This document shows positions 22,797-33,494 of a stretch of 64,000 bases of DNA, in pieces; position 1 is the first letter of the stretch; every line of letters starts with the position of its first letter. A model generated the notes under the pieces. The model searched no databases, was not told where the DNA came from, and worked only from the letters and a program-made list of their open reading frames with translations. Origin of the DNA: an uncultured delta proteobacterium (GTDB taxonomy: Bacteria > Myxococcota_A > Polyangia > Fen-1088). The stretch is from the NCBI GenBank assembly GCA_963767925.1, contig CAVYGB010000010.1, forward strand, positions 1,728,001-1,792,000, given 5' to 3'. Made by a program: the position numbers and the translations under genes.

Positions 22797-24188
22797 CTAG
22801 CGGCTGGGTGGATCGCCCAGGGGGAGGCGGACCCAGAAGGTGGTCCCCTGGTCGGGCACGGTCTCGTAGGAGAGCGAGCCGCTGTGCTTGTCGACAACGA
22901 GGGTGCGGGCGATCGAGAGGCCGAGGCCGGTCCCCTTGCCCACGTCCTTGGTGGTGAAGAAGGGGTCGAAGATCTTGTCGCCGATGTGGGCCGGGATGCC
23001 GCAGCCCGTGTCGCTGACCCCGACCAGCACGTGACCGTCGACAACCGAGGAGACGACGGTGATGGTGCCGCGCTCGGGGTTGCGCTTCTGCAGGTCGGCG
23101 ATGGCGTGGGCGGCGTTGACCACCAGGTTGAGAAACACCTGGTTGAGATCGCCGGGGTGGCAGAGGAGCTGGGGGACGTCGCCGAGCTGCATCTTGAGCT
23201 CGGCGATGTGCCGGTACTCCGGGCGGGCCACCACCGCGGTGGTGGTGAGGAGCTGGTTGACGTTGGCCAGGATCTTCTCGCGCGACTCGGCCCGGCCGAA
23301 GGCCTTCACCGCGTGCACGATCTCGGCCACCCGGCGGATCCCCTCGACGCTGCGCTCGAGGGCGCGGGGCACCTCGGCGGTGAGGAAGTCGAGCTCGATC
23401 TCCTCCTCTATCTCGGCGATGCCCGCGAGCATGTCGAGCTCCACCGGCTGCCCGCTCACAACCCGGTCGCGCAGGGCCTGGAAGCGGCCCAGCAGGCGGG
23501 CCAGGTCGTCCATCGCCCCGCGCACGAAGTGGACGCTGTCGCCCACGAACTGCACCGGGGTGTTGATCTCGTGGGCGATGCCTGCGGCGAGCTGACCCAC
23601 CGCCGCGAGCTTCTCGGAGAGGGTCGACTGCCGGGTGAGCCGGGCGTTCTCCAGGGCGAGCATGATCTGCGAGGCGAGCACCGCCGCCGCCTCGAGGTCG
23701 GGGGGCCCGAAGGGGTGATTGCCCGAGAGGCGGTTGAAGGTGACGACGCCGAGCAGCCGGCCGGCCGACACCAGCGGGTAAACGATGGAGGAGAGGACCC
23801 GACCATGCCCGTCGACGTGTTGCCCCTGCAAGATGAGGGGTTGCTGCGACTGGGCCACCCGGCTGGCGATCCCCTCGCCGATCCCGGTGCGGATGCGGGG
23901 TACGACATCGGGCGGCAGCCCCGAGGCGTGGGCCAGGGCCAGGGTGCCGTCGGGGCGGGGCAGCATCAGCGACACCGCCTCCGCGTCCATCACCCGGATG
24001 GCCGCCTCGACGATGGCGGCGGGGAGCTGCTCCATGTCCCGGGTCGCGAAGATGGTCCGGGTGGCCTCGAAGGAGTGCATCGATCGCTTGACCGGATCGG
24101 CCGCGGGCGGCGGCTCGGTGGGGGGCCCGGCAGGCTCCGGCGCGGTGGATCCAGCCGCCGGGACGAGCGGGGTCTGCGCGGAATCCAT
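22797..24188 (-). CDS. GAF-domain sensor histidine kinase
   Basis: GEGIA GAF motif, GIAHEINTP H-box, NLVVNA, DTGCGI, FFTTK..GKGTGLGL. Confidence 0.95.
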   Translation of the reverse strand: MDSAQTPLVPAAGSTAPEPAGPPTEPPPAADPVKRSMHSFEATRTIFATRDMEQLPAAIVEAAIRVMDAEAVSLMLPRPDGTLALAHASGLPPDVVPRIRTGIGEGIASRVAQSQQPLILQGQHVDGHGRVLSSIVYPLVSAGRLLGVVTFNRLSGNHPFGPPDLEAAAVLASQIMLALENARLTRQSTLSEKLAAVGQLAAGIAHEINTPVQFVGDSVHFVRGAMDDLARLLGRFQALRDRVVSGQPVELDMLAGIAEIEEEIELDFLTAEVPRALERSVEGIRRVAEIVHAVKAFGRAESREKILANVNQLLTTTAVVARPEYRHIAELKMQLGDVPQLLCHPGDLNQVFLNLVVNAAHAIADLQKRNPERGTITVVSSVVDGHVLVGVSDTGCGIPAHIGDKIFDPFFTTKDVGKGTGLGLSIARTLVVDKHSGSLSYETVPDQGTTFWVRLPLGDPPSR

Positions 24189-24348
24189 CGTTCCGCGGTT
24201 CGTCAGTTGCGGCAGCGAGCTTGAATGCAGCAGCGGTGTGGGGGCGACCCCGCAGCCATCGCACCTGGTTTGCCGGGATACTCGCGCCGGCTCGTGGCCT
24301 CCCCTTATACTCGCCGCGCTTCGACGTTACCAATTCAAGGAGGATCGG

Positions 24349-24564
24349 ATGAAACAGACAATGAAGAAGCTCGGCACGCTCGTACTCCTGGCTGCGACCT
24401 GTGGGGGCGTCTTCGGCTGCGCCTACGCCGGCGTGGCGACCGCGCCCGATGGGTCGGTCTACATCGCACGCAACGACCTGTTCCTGCTGGGGCTGCTGCG
24501 CAAGGTTTACGTGTGCAAGCCGGCCGGTGCGGGCCTGGTCTGCACCGAAGCCGCCTCGCCCTAG
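24349..24564 (+). CDS. small lipoprotein
   Basis: AAGGAGG RBS, MKK+hydrophobic+VFGC lipobox, two further Cys. Confidence 0.75.
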   Translation: MKQTMKKLGTLVLLAATCGGVFGCAYAGVATAPDGSVYIARNDLFLLGLLRKVYVCKPAGAGLVCTEAASP

Positions 24565-24583
24565 CGCGCCCGGTGAAGCCGGC

Positions 24584-25099
24584 TCAAGGACCGCGGCGGC
24601 TGCGCCAGACGTGAAACAGCAGCCCGAGCGGAACCCGGAGAAACAAGCTGGCCGATCGCGCGCCGGGTCCCCGCTGAAACACCTGCGCCTGTAGGTGCAG
24701 GAAGCTGAACCCGACGCCCAGGCCAGCACCGAATCCCCCCTCGGTGAGGTCGCGCATCACGGTGGCGGTGGCTCCCAGGCCACTTTGCACCGAGGCAAGC
24801 TGCGCGGCGACACCGAGGGTGGCCCGGCCCCCCCGCTGCACCCCCGCCTCCACCGTGGTGCCCAGCACCCGCTGCCCATCGAACCACCCCAGCCCGAGGC
24901 CCAGGCGCCCGAAGGCGAGCGTGCGGGAAGGCTCGAGCTGCCGCGTCCCTCCCAGGTCGAGGTCGAGCGCCAGATACCGGCGCGTCGGTTCGGCCACCAT
25001 GGGGATCTGCGCCCGCGCTGTCCGTGCAGCAGCAGTGAAGGTGAGGGCGAACGTGAAGATGAGGGCGGAGCGCGAGAAGAGCCAGGTGCAGAGCCGCAT
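24584..25099 (-). CDS. hypothetical exported beta-strand-rich protein
   Basis: Signal peptide ending ARA; alternating amphipathic strands. Confidence 0.55.
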   Translation of the reverse strand: MRLCTWLFSRSALIFTFALTFTAAARTARAQIPMVAEPTRRYLALDLDLGGTRQLEPSRTLAFGRLGLGLGWFDGQRVLGTTVEAGVQRGGRATLGVAAQLASVQSGLGATATVMRDLTEGGFGAGLGVGFSFLHLQAQVFQRGPGARSASLFLRVPLGLLFHVWRSRRGP

Positions 25100-25189
25100 G
25101 AGGATGTGCCGGCGGCCCGGTATAGCGGGTTTTTCCGCGACGGGCGAAGGAGCCCACTCTCCGGAGAATTTCGAACGAGTCCCACGCCC

Positions 25190-25437
25190 CGGAGCCCCTC
25201 ACCCCACCCCCCCCGCAACAGCATCTGGAACAGGATGTTGGGGATCTGCTTGCGCAGCAGGGCCAGCCGCTCCCAGGGCTCTCGCCACTTCGCGGGGCGA
25301 GGGCGAACGGACTACGACCGGCGAGAACCTCGGCCGAATCCGCCGTAGAGCCCGGCTCGGGATGACGACCGGGCCACCAGGAAAATTGTTCGCCCTCGCC
25401 CCGCGGCAGCGGGGAGAGGGCGGGGTGAGGGGCTCCG
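25190..25437. repeat. inverted pair of REP-like repeats (REPIN-like); left copy interrupted by an insert
   Basis: CGGAGCCCCTCACCCC...[insert]...CGCGGGGCGAGGGCGAAC at 25190-25308 and an inverted full copy at 25389-25437. Confidence 0.75.
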
Positions 25438-25633
25438 GCGCTCCCGGGTCGAACCGTTCGGCGCGAGCCGCCGTGGGATCGCCTTCACGCAGGGCCGTTC
25501 GCTCGTTCAGGTCCGGCGCCCCGGCCAGTCGGGAGGTTCTGGTGTGTTTTCGGGGGGATGCGTGGGTGGTGCCGCGGGAGCGCGGGTCCGGTAAGATGGC
25601 GGCTTTCGCGCGCCCCGAGAACGGATCTCTTCC

Positions 25634-27067
25634 ATGTCGATACTCCGCTTCGTGTTTTCGGCGAACCCGTCGGGGTGGCCGGGTTCTGGGGCCAGCGATC
25701 CGACCGGGAGGGGCAAAGCCGGCCCGTTACCTGGCCACGCGGAAGGGCCTCGGGCCAGCGGTGGAGGGATCGAGCTCCGGCGAAGGCGAGACGTTCGCCG
25801 GCGGTGGGTCGGGCGTTTCGGCATCGCTCTGCTGGGTGCGGGGTTGAGCCTGAGCGCGCCGGGGACTGCGCGGGCGACCTATTCGATCGTGGCGGCCGAT
25901 CGGGCCAGTCAGCAGGTGGGCGGGGCGGTGACCTCCTGCGTGTCGCCCAACGGGGTGGGCGGGGTGTACGGATCGGCGCCGGGGCGGGGCGCGGTGGCGT
26001 CGCAGGCGGCCAGCAACCGCGCCGGGCGCGACCGGGCGGTTCAGCTCCTCCTGATGGGCGTGGCCCCAGCGCAGATCATCGCCAACCTCACGTCGTCGGC
26101 GTTCGACCCGGGCTCGGCCCGGCGGCAATACGGCGTCGTCGACATGATGGGGCGGGCGGCCGGACACTCCGGCACCGGCAACGGCGTGTTCTCCAACGAC
26201 GTGCAGGGCGACGTCGAAGGCTTCACCTATTCGATCCAGGGCAACATCCTGACCGGCGCCGGCGTGCTCGACCAGGCGGTGGCCGCGTTCCAGGGCGAGG
26301 CCTGTGACCTGGCCGAACGCCTCATGCGCGCCCTCGAGGCAGGCGCCGCCAACAACCAGGGCGACCGCCGCTGCACCACCGCCGGCGCGCCCTCGGACAG
26401 CGCCTTCATCCAGGTCGATCGCCCCGGCGAGCCCGCCGGCAGCTACCTGCGCCTGTCGGTCGTGACCCCCCGTCGCACCAGCCCCCTGCCCGGCCTCCGC
26501 GCCCAGTTCAACACCTGGCGCCGCACCAACCCCTGCCCCGACGCCACCCCGCCCCCCAACCCCTCTCCCCCACCCGACGCCGCCCCCCCACCCCCACCCG
26601 ACGCCGGCCCCGGCGCCCCCACCCGCCCCCTCGACGCCCGCCCCCCCACCACCGACGCCACCGCAGGCAACGGCGGCAACGCTGGCAGCAGCGGCAACGC
26701 AGGCAGCAGCGGCAACGCTGGCAACAGCGGCAACGCAGGTAGCGGCAGCGCAGGCAGCAGCGGCAACGCTGGCAACGGCAACGCCAACCCAGGCACCAGC
26801 GGCCCCGGCAACGGCAACCCGGGCAGCGGAGGCGCCAGCGGCCAGGTTGGCACCGGCGGCACCGCCCCCGGCCCCACCCCGCCCCCTTCCCCCCCCGCCG
26901 GCACCCCGGGCCGCCCACCCGGCGAATCCCCGACTGCCGAGAGCCCACCCCCCATGCCCCCCGGCTGCGACTGCCGCACGGGCGCCACCGGCCACCCGGC
27001 CCCCCTCCCCACCCTCGTGCTCGCCGCCCTCGGCCTCATCCTCACCCGCCGCCGCCGCACCCCCTGA
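25634..27067 (+). CDS. DUF1028 (Ntn-hydrolase-like) protein with low-complexity linker and MYXO-CTERM
   Basis: ATYSIVAAD...GAVASQA, RQYGVVD, IQGNIL, GDRRC; C-term GCDC...LVLAALGLILTRRRR; start uncertain. Confidence 0.85.
   Translation: MSILRFVFSANPSGWPGSGASDPTGRGKAGPLPGHAEGPRASGGGIELRRRRDVRRRWVGRFGIALLGAGLSLSAPGTARATYSIVAADRASQQVGGAVTSCVSPNGVGGVYGSAPGRGAVASQAASNRAGRDRAVQLLLMGVAPAQIIANLTSSAFDPGSARRQYGVVDMMGRAAGHSGTGNGVFSNDVQGDVEGFTYSIQGNILTGAGVLDQAVAAFQGEACDLAERLMRALEAGAANNQGDRRCTTAGAPSDSAFIQVDRPGEPAGSYLRLSVVTPRRTSPLPGLRAQFNTWRRTNPCPDATPPPNPSPPPDAAPPPPPDAGPGAPTRPLDARPPTTDATAGNGGNAGSSGNAGSSGNAGNSGNAGSGSAGSSGNAGNGNANPGTSGPGNGNPGSGGASGQVGTGGTAPGPTPPPSPPAGTPGRPPGESPTAESPPPMPPGCDCRTGATGHPAPLPTLVLAALGLILTRRRRTP
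26666..26783 (+). repeat. intragenic 18-bp tandem repeat encoding GNAGSS
   Basis: GGCAACGC(T/A)GGCAGCAGC units. Confidence 0.85.
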
Positions 27068-27105
27068 TCCGCTCCCTCCGCCGGATCCCGTTCACAGCAC
27101 CAGAC

Positions 27106-27220
27106 CGTGCACGGGATCCGCCAGACGTGCACGACTCACGTGCTCGGGCCTCCATCGGACGTGCACGACTCACGGGCGCGTGCTCGAAAACGTGCCCGGC
27201 ACCCGTCAGGCGTGCCCGAC
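27106..27220. repeat. GTGCAC/CACGTG-rich intergenic repeat, copy 1
   Basis: CCGTGCACGGGATCCGCCAGACGTGCACGACTCACGTGCTCG matches the reverse complement of the 35.7-kb element. Confidence 0.75.
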
Positions 27221-27302
27221 TTCCACCGCTCGCAACCACCACGCCGCTGGAAGCCGCCACCGATCGCGCCGTCGCGAGCGGGCGGGCCGAGCCCCCCGGC
27301 AA

Positions 27303-28448
27303 TCAGCGTTCGGTAGCGCGCCGGAGCAGGTCGTCCAGGGGCCCATCTACCAGCGATGGCGGGGGGACCCTGGGGTCGGCGTCGGGATCTTCGCCGGTCC
27401 AGCGGAAGGTGACGGCGCTGGCGAGGTCGAGCTCGGCCTGGGGGTGGAGGCGGAGCTGGCGGATGTGGGTTCCGGCGGCGGTGGTGCCGTTGCTGCTGGC
27501 GGTGTCGATGGCCCAGATCTGGTTGCCGTCGCGCAGGAGCAGGAGGTGGACGCGGGAGAGGCGGTCGTCGCCGGCGCCGAAGGCGCAGCGTTCGTAGCGG
27601 CCGATGAGCAGGCCACGCTGGAGGTCGGCGGCGTGGACGTCGTAGCGCTCGCGCAGGCCGCCGGCGGTCAGCAGGACGCGGCCGATCAGGGGGCCGCGGG
27701 TGCCGGGGGGTGGACGCTTGTAGCGGAGCTGGGTGGGTGGGTCGACGATCTGGGTGGTGATGGTGCGGCCGGCGGGGGCGGGGACCAGGCGCACCGAGGG
27801 GGGGTATTTGCCGGCGCGGCTGGAGGTGCGCCGGTCGAAATACACCCGCTCGGGGATGGCGGCCCAGGCATGGGCGGCGGGGGCGCCCCAGGGAAGCGGC
27901 GCCAGGCGGCCGGTGGGCAGCAGGAAGAGCTGATAGTCGCCGACCGACACGAAGGCGGCGCCTTCGGAGGTCAGGGCTTCGCAGGCGTAGCCGTCTTCGG
28001 TCCGCATGCCCACCCCGGTCGCGAGGTCGCACAGGCGCAGTTGCAGGCCGCCGCCGGCGGTGCGGATGCCGACCACGAGGTGACGGAGCGAGACGGCCTC
28101 GTCGTATTCGAGGGTCAAGTCGCAAGCGGTGTGCCGCCCGATGGTGATGAACTCGACTTCGCTGTCGGTTGTGGCGGGACGCCCGGCGGCCGGCGCTGCG
28201 GCGGCGTGGCCCGGGGGCCGCGTGGGCTCGGCGGCGAGCGGAACGTGCAGGTGCGCTTCCACGGTCTGGCCGGCGAACACGGCGACCACCAGCAGGCCGT
28301 CCCCGGGCAGGCCGGTCATCAACGCATCCAGCTCGGGGAAGATGCGCGCGAAGACGTCCTGGAAGGAGACCTTCGCCCGGTTGGGGAGTGCCACCACCGT
28401 CCCCCGGTTGGCGGGCGACGGGCCGGGCGAGGGATGAGATCGACTCAT
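27303..28448 (-). CDS. FHA-domain protein (two FHA-like modules)
   Basis: ITIGRH..C...VSLRH and LIGRY...LSRVH...DTASSNGT. Confidence 0.85.
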   Translation of the reverse strand: MSRSHPSPGPSPANRGTVVALPNRAKVSFQDVFARIFPELDALMTGLPGDGLLVVAVFAGQTVEAHLHVPLAAEPTRPPGHAAAAPAAGRPATTDSEVEFITIGRHTACDLTLEYDEAVSLRHLVVGIRTAGGGLQLRLCDLATGVGMRTEDGYACEALTSEGAAFVSVGDYQLFLLPTGRLAPLPWGAPAAHAWAAIPERVYFDRRTSSRAGKYPPSVRLVPAPAGRTITTQIVDPPTQLRYKRPPPGTRGPLIGRVLLTAGGLRERYDVHAADLQRGLLIGRYERCAFGAGDDRLSRVHLLLLRDGNQIWAIDTASSNGTTAAGTHIRQLRLHPQAELDLASAVTFRWTGEDPDADPRVPPPSLVDGPLDDLLRRATER

Positions 28449-28670
28449 CGAATCTGAAGTTTCCACCGCCGCATGGCGAATCGCAAGCCTCCTTGGATAC
28501 AAGCATTGCGCCGGCAAGCTCAGCCGGACACCCTCGGTCGACGCCCTCCGAGGATCGCGCCGCGAGGGGGCGGCAGAGGGGCGGGCGTTACAAACGGTGT
28601 CAGCACCGAGTTTGCGGGCTGTGTGAGCGGCGTCATCTGGCACGCGGCTCGCCGCCTCTATCGTGACGCC

Positions 28671-29891
28671 ATGGCGCGCTCCCGTCGGATCGCTCCGCTC
28701 CTGTGGGCCGGCCTGGTCGTGCTGGCGGGGTGCCCGGAGCAGCCGCCAGGACCGGAGGGACCCGGGAGAGGGCCGCCCGTGGGGCCGGGATCGACGGGGG
28801 ATGGGGGGCCCGGGGACGCGCAGCCTTCGGGGCCGCTGGGTCCCGGTACCGGCGACGCCAGCCCCGATTCGCCGCGCGACCCGGGCACGCCAGGCACGCC
28901 GCCGCATCCCGGCTCCCCATCCGACGCCGCGGCGCCGCCAGGGTCTCCGCCCCCCGGCCCCGTACCGCCGGGCGCGCCACCGTCTCCGCCTCCACCGGGT
29001 CCGCCTCCGGGTGGTCCGCCGGCGCCATCACCTCCGATGCCGCCGCCTGGTCCGGCACCTCCGCCCGCGCCACCTGGCCCGCCGCCTTCTCCTCCTGCAC
29101 CACCTGGCCAGCCGCCTTCTCCTCCTGCACCCCCTGGTTCGCCGCCCGGCGCTCCCCCAGCTCCACCGGGCAGCCCGCCCCCGCCCTCACCTCCCGTTTC
29201 GCCGCCGGCTCCAACGCCAGGCCCTGGCCCCGCGCCACCGCCACCACCACCTCCGCCGCCCGCGCCACCTCCGCCGCCCGGCTCCCCACCCGCGCCGCCG
29301 CCGCCAGGTCCACCGCCGCCGCCACCCGCTCCGGCACCCCCGCCACCCGCTCCGCCGTCGGTTCCACCTCCAGCCTCTCCTCCTGCGCCGCCACCACCGC
29401 CCCCACCCCCGCCACCCTCACCTCCCCCCCCCGCGGCGTACCTCGATCAGTGTTTCCAGGGGCTGCGGGCGCATCGGGGGTCCTTTCAGCTCGCGACAAA
29501 GATCAGCGGCGACGGCGCCTACTCCATGCGCATCGCCCTCGAGACGGGGACCCGCTTCGGCACCTCCGGCACCTACGCCTGGCTCCCGATCCGCTTCGCC
29601 CTGGTCACCCCCACCGAACGCCTCTGCATCACCGACGAGGCGGCCCTCGCCCGCGCCTACCAGATCTCCGCGCGCCACAACTGCGGCGACGTCCTCGAGA
29701 TCAGCGACAACGACCGCCGCTACCAGATCCGCGCGCCCGACACCCGCACCTCGGCGCCGGCTCGCACCATCGCGACGCTCTCCATCTACCAGAGCGCTGC
29801 CCTGGTCCACGGCCCATCCGCCCTGCCGACCGCCCGCTGTGCCACGGCCGTCCCCGGCGCCCCCTGCATCAGCGGCGGGCCCTGCGACTGA
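28671..29891 (+). CDS. proline-rich lipoprotein with small Cys-containing C-terminal domain
   Basis: Lipobox LAGC; very long poly-Pro stalk; globular C-term from AYLDQCF. Confidence 0.75.
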   Translation: MARSRRIAPLLWAGLVVLAGCPEQPPGPEGPGRGPPVGPGSTGDGGPGDAQPSGPLGPGTGDASPDSPRDPGTPGTPPHPGSPSDAAAPPGSPPPGPVPPGAPPSPPPPGPPPGGPPAPSPPMPPPGPAPPPAPPGPPPSPPAPPGQPPSPPAPPGSPPGAPPAPPGSPPPPSPPVSPPAPTPGPGPAPPPPPPPPPAPPPPPGSPPAPPPPGPPPPPPAPAPPPPAPPSVPPPASPPAPPPPPPPPPPSPPPPAAYLDQCFQGLRAHRGSFQLATKISGDGAYSMRIALETGTRFGTSGTYAWLPIRFALVTPTERLCITDEAALARAYQISARHNCGDVLEISDNDRRYQIRAPDTRTSAPARTIATLSIYQSAALVHGPSALPTARCATAVPGAPCISGGPCD

Positions 29892-29909
29892 CCCTCCCGG
29901 CGGTGGGGC

Positions 29910-31500
29910 CTACTTGTTGCCGCTGCCGTCCAGCCAGGGGTTGGAGCGGTCTATCGTGCGGCGGGGTTGCGGTCTGCTGGTGGCGGCGGGCCGGTCGCCG
30001 TAGGGGTTGTCGCCGTCGAGGCGGCGCTTGTTGAGCTGGCGGGCGCGCGCCGGGTTGGGCGCGAGATCCAGATTCCGCCTGACGGCGGGCGGCCAGGGCC
30101 CGGTTGCGGCGAGAGAAGGCGCGGACCGGGCGGGCGGGGGGCGCGTCGTCGGCGCGCGAGGGGTTCGGGTCGAAGGTGGGCGGGGTCTCGAGGGTCGGTG
30201 GCAGCACCGGAGGGACCGGATGGGCGGGGGGCGCGGCGGGGCGGGCGATGGGGGCCAGCTCGGTTTGCGGCACCTCGTAGGCGCGCAGGAAGCGCTGGAC
30301 GCCGAAGATGGCCAGGGCGGCGAAGGCGGCGGCCCCGAGCGCGCCCCAGAAGGCCTTCGTGCGCAAGATGGCGGGGTGCTTCTCGAGCTTGGTGGGGAAG
30401 CCCTCGAGCTCGAGGCGGGCGTAATAGGGATCGCTGTGGGCGGTGAGCAGCCGGCCCGAGGCGGTCTCCCGGCGGGGCAAGGGCATGGTGCCAGCGCCGG
30501 TCGCCAGGCCAACCCGGTCGCGCGGCAGGAGCTGCGCCTCGAGGATCTTGCTCAGCCGCTCGCGCTCGTCGGCGAACAGCGGCTCGACGAAGGCGCCGAG
30601 CTGGGCCCGCGAGACGGTCACGTTGTGCTGCTGCATGTATTTCAGCAGGGCGCCCCGGAAGTCCTGGGCGGTCGACCAGCGCCCCTCGGGGTGGGCGTGG
30701 ATGGCGCGCGCGCAGATCCACTTCAGATCTTCAGGGACGTCGGCGCTGGTTGGCAGCGGCGGGATCTCGCGCGAGGCGAGGCAATGGGCGATGGCCGGGC
30801 CGCCGAGGTCACCCCACAGCGAGCGGCCCGCCAGCCCCTCCCACAACATCACGCCGGCGGCGAAGATGTCGGCGCGCCGGTCTACGGTCTCGCCGAGCAT
30901 CTGCTCGGGCGGCATCTTGGTGAGCTTGCCCTTGTAGAAGCCGGCCTCGGTGTGGCTGAGCGACTCCAGCGTCTTGGCGATGCCGAAGTCGAGGACCTTG
31001 CACTCGCCCAGCCGGGTGATGATCACGTTCTCCGGCGAGAGGTCCCGGTGCACGACGAGCAGCGGCTTGCCGTCGTAGCCACACAGCTCGTGGGCATGGT
31101 GCAGCCCCTCGAGCACGTTGCACATGATCTCGAGCTCGATGGGGGGCGGGACGCGGCCGTTGCCGGCGTAGCGCTGCCGGAGCTGCTGCACGGTCGGGCC
31201 GGGCAGGTGCTCCATCACCAGGAAGTGCCCGCCCTGCTCCTCTCCGATCTCGTAGGTCTGGACGATGTTGGGATGCGAGAGGCGCGCGGCCAGGCGAGCC
31301 TCATCGAGGAACATCGCCACGTGCTGGGGATCGTCGGCGTTGCGCAGCCGCTTGATCACGAACAGCTTGCTGAACCCGGCGGGCCCTTCGGACATCGCCA
31401 GGTAGAGGTCAGCCATCCCTCCGTGGCCGAGCTCCGCCAGCACTCGATACTTTCCCAGAACGAGCTGCCTACCACTCACTTGGTTTTTCCCACTCCACAT
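29910..31500 (-). CDS. Hanks-type Ser/Thr protein kinase (probable frameshift near 30060)
   Basis: LGHGGMA, HRDLSPEN, DFGIAK, PPEQ, DIFAAG, TM; typical myxobacterial tail IDRSNPW lies in the adjacent frame. Confidence 0.93.
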
Positions 31501-31709
31501 CGCAATTGCCCGGGGCATGGATTTATACCCTCAGTCCCCCCGAGCGCGCCGCGCTAACTCACATGGCGAGCGAACGGTGTTCGGCCCCTCGAGCGCGCGG
31601 CGCCCGCGGTACCGTTTCGGCGCCCGCCCACCGCTGTTGCCGCAGGGTGCCTCGACTCGCCGGCGGCCTCGTGTTCAAGCTGCGGAGGGTCAAAGCCGAT
31701 CTGATGGGC

Positions 31710-33098
31710 ATGACAAAGGCCCGTCACCTCGCCACCTTGCCCCTGGCCGCGGCGGCCCTTGTCGCGACCGCCGGCCTGACCACGGGCTGCCAGGACGAGT
31801 CAGGTGGTGCGCGCACCGTCACGCTTGGCGCGGTCATCGATCGGAGCGGCACCCAGGCCTGGCCGGGCTGGATGGAGGCCATCCGGCTCGCGGTCAGCCA
31901 CGGCAACCAGGCGCTGTCGGAGAACGTCTTCAAGGGGCTGCAGTTCCGCGTGACCCTCGCGGACTCGAAGAACGACCCGGCGGTGGCGCTCCCCCGGGCG
32001 GTCGAGCTGGTGACCCGGCAGGGGGCCCGCGCCCTCATCACCGACTCCAGCCAGAACGACGTGGCCATCAACCGCACTTTCTACGACGACGACCCGAGCA
32101 ACGACCTGGGGGTGCCGATCCAGTGCGCGGCCTGCACCTCGGGATCGATCAACAACCCGGAGGCCATCGCCAGCGACCCGGCTACCCAGGCGGCCCTGCG
32201 CAACCTCGACCGCTGGAACTTCCGCTCCACCATGGCCACCAAGCTGATGGCCCCGGTGGTTGTGCGGCTGCTGGGCGGCGGCGACCGGCTCGGCGACGTC
32301 AACGGCGACGGCAAGCTCAAGCTCGCGGTCTACGCCAGCGACGAGAGCTTCGGCCAGGCCACCGCCGCCGATCTGCGGGCCAGCCTCGGTCAGCTCCGCC
32401 CGGAGGCCGAGCTCATAGAGGTCATGCACCCGCGCGACGCCAATCCCTTCACCTACGACTGGGCCGGCGACCTGACCCGGATCAACGCGGACCGGCCGGA
32501 CGCCATCGTGGTGGCCACCTTCCCCCAGCTCCACGGGGCCGTCGTCGCGGCGGCCAGCGTGCAGGCGGGCGCGCGGCTGTTTCACTTTCACAACATGCGC
32601 AACCAGCGGGCCATCGAGTTCTCGCGCTCGGCCGGCAACAAGCAGGAGGGCATCTCCCACGTCTTGCTCGACGGCACCTCGGGGGATCGCTTCCGCGACG
32701 ACTTCGAGGAGGCGGGCGGCATCCCGGTCGCGTTCCGCGACGCCGTCTTCTACGACGCCGCCCTGACCCTGATGCTGGCCACCATCATCGCCAGCGCCGA
32801 GCTGGAGAACCCGGCCACCGTCAGCGGGGCCCAGATCCGGGACGCCCTCCCCTTCACCAGCGTCCCGACGGGTGAGCTGGTGGGCGCGGGGGTCGTCGAG
32901 ATCGGCAGGGCCATCGAGCACATCCGGGCCGGGCGGGCCATCAACTACGCTGGCGCCTCGGGGCCCATGGACTTCGACGCCATCGGAAACATCCGCAACC
33001 GGCTGGCCCACTTCCGCGTCGACGGCTTCAAGAGCATCGACCTCGCCACCTTCGACTGCGTGCAGAGCGACGACTGCCCCCAGCAGACGCCCCGCTGA
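31710..33098 (+). CDS. type 1 periplasmic-binding-protein-fold lipoprotein
   Basis: Lipobox TTGC; AIRLAV, FYDAA, INYAGASGPMDFD. Confidence 0.85.
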   Translation: MTKARHLATLPLAAAALVATAGLTTGCQDESGGARTVTLGAVIDRSGTQAWPGWMEAIRLAVSHGNQALSENVFKGLQFRVTLADSKNDPAVALPRAVELVTRQGARALITDSSQNDVAINRTFYDDDPSNDLGVPIQCAACTSGSINNPEAIASDPATQAALRNLDRWNFRSTMATKLMAPVVVRLLGGGDRLGDVNGDGKLKLAVYASDESFGQATAADLRASLGQLRPEAELIEVMHPRDANPFTYDWAGDLTRINADRPDAIVVATFPQLHGAVVAAASVQAGARLFHFHNMRNQRAIEFSRSAGNKQEGISHVLLDGTSGDRFRDDFEEAGGIPVAFRDAVFYDAALTLMLATIIASAELENPATVSGAQIRDALPFTSVPTGELVGAGVVEIGRAIEHIRAGRAINYAGASGPMDFDAIGNIRNRLAHFRVDGFKSIDLATFDCVQSDDCPQQTPR

Positions 33099-33128
33099 CC
33101 CCGTGGCGCCGTGGTACGGTTCCGGGCC

Positions 33129-33494
33129 ATGGACGCCCGGGACCAGCTCATCGCGATCTCCCACCAGCTCGCGGCGGCGATCTCGCGCCGGGACACCGAG
33201 ACGGTGAGCGGGCTGCTGGCGCCCGGCTTCCTGCACCGGACGGTGGGCGGGGGCTCGGTCGCGGCGGGCGACTTCCTGCGCGGCATCCAGCAGATCCCGG
33301 GCGAGCTCCAGGCGGTGGAGGTCGATCGCATCGCCGTCGACCTGCGGGACGAGCAGGCGATCGTCACGGGCATCCAGAGCGCCCGCCTGATCCTCGAGGG
33401 CAAGGCGATCGAGGACCGGCGGGGATTCGTCGACTGGTTCGTGCGCCAGCCCGAAGGCTGGCGCCTGCTGCTGGCGATCGACTTCGTCGTTTAA
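33129..33494 (+). CDS. NTF2-like/DUF4440 protein
   Basis: AISRRD...LLAPGF, AIVTG, FVDWFVRQ..GWRL. Confidence 0.8.
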   Translation: MDARDQLIAISHQLAAAISRRDTETVSGLLAPGFLHRTVGGGSVAAGDFLRGIQQIPGELQAVEVDRIAVDLRDEQAIVTGIQSARLILEGKAIEDRRGFVDWFVRQPEGWRLLLAIDFVV

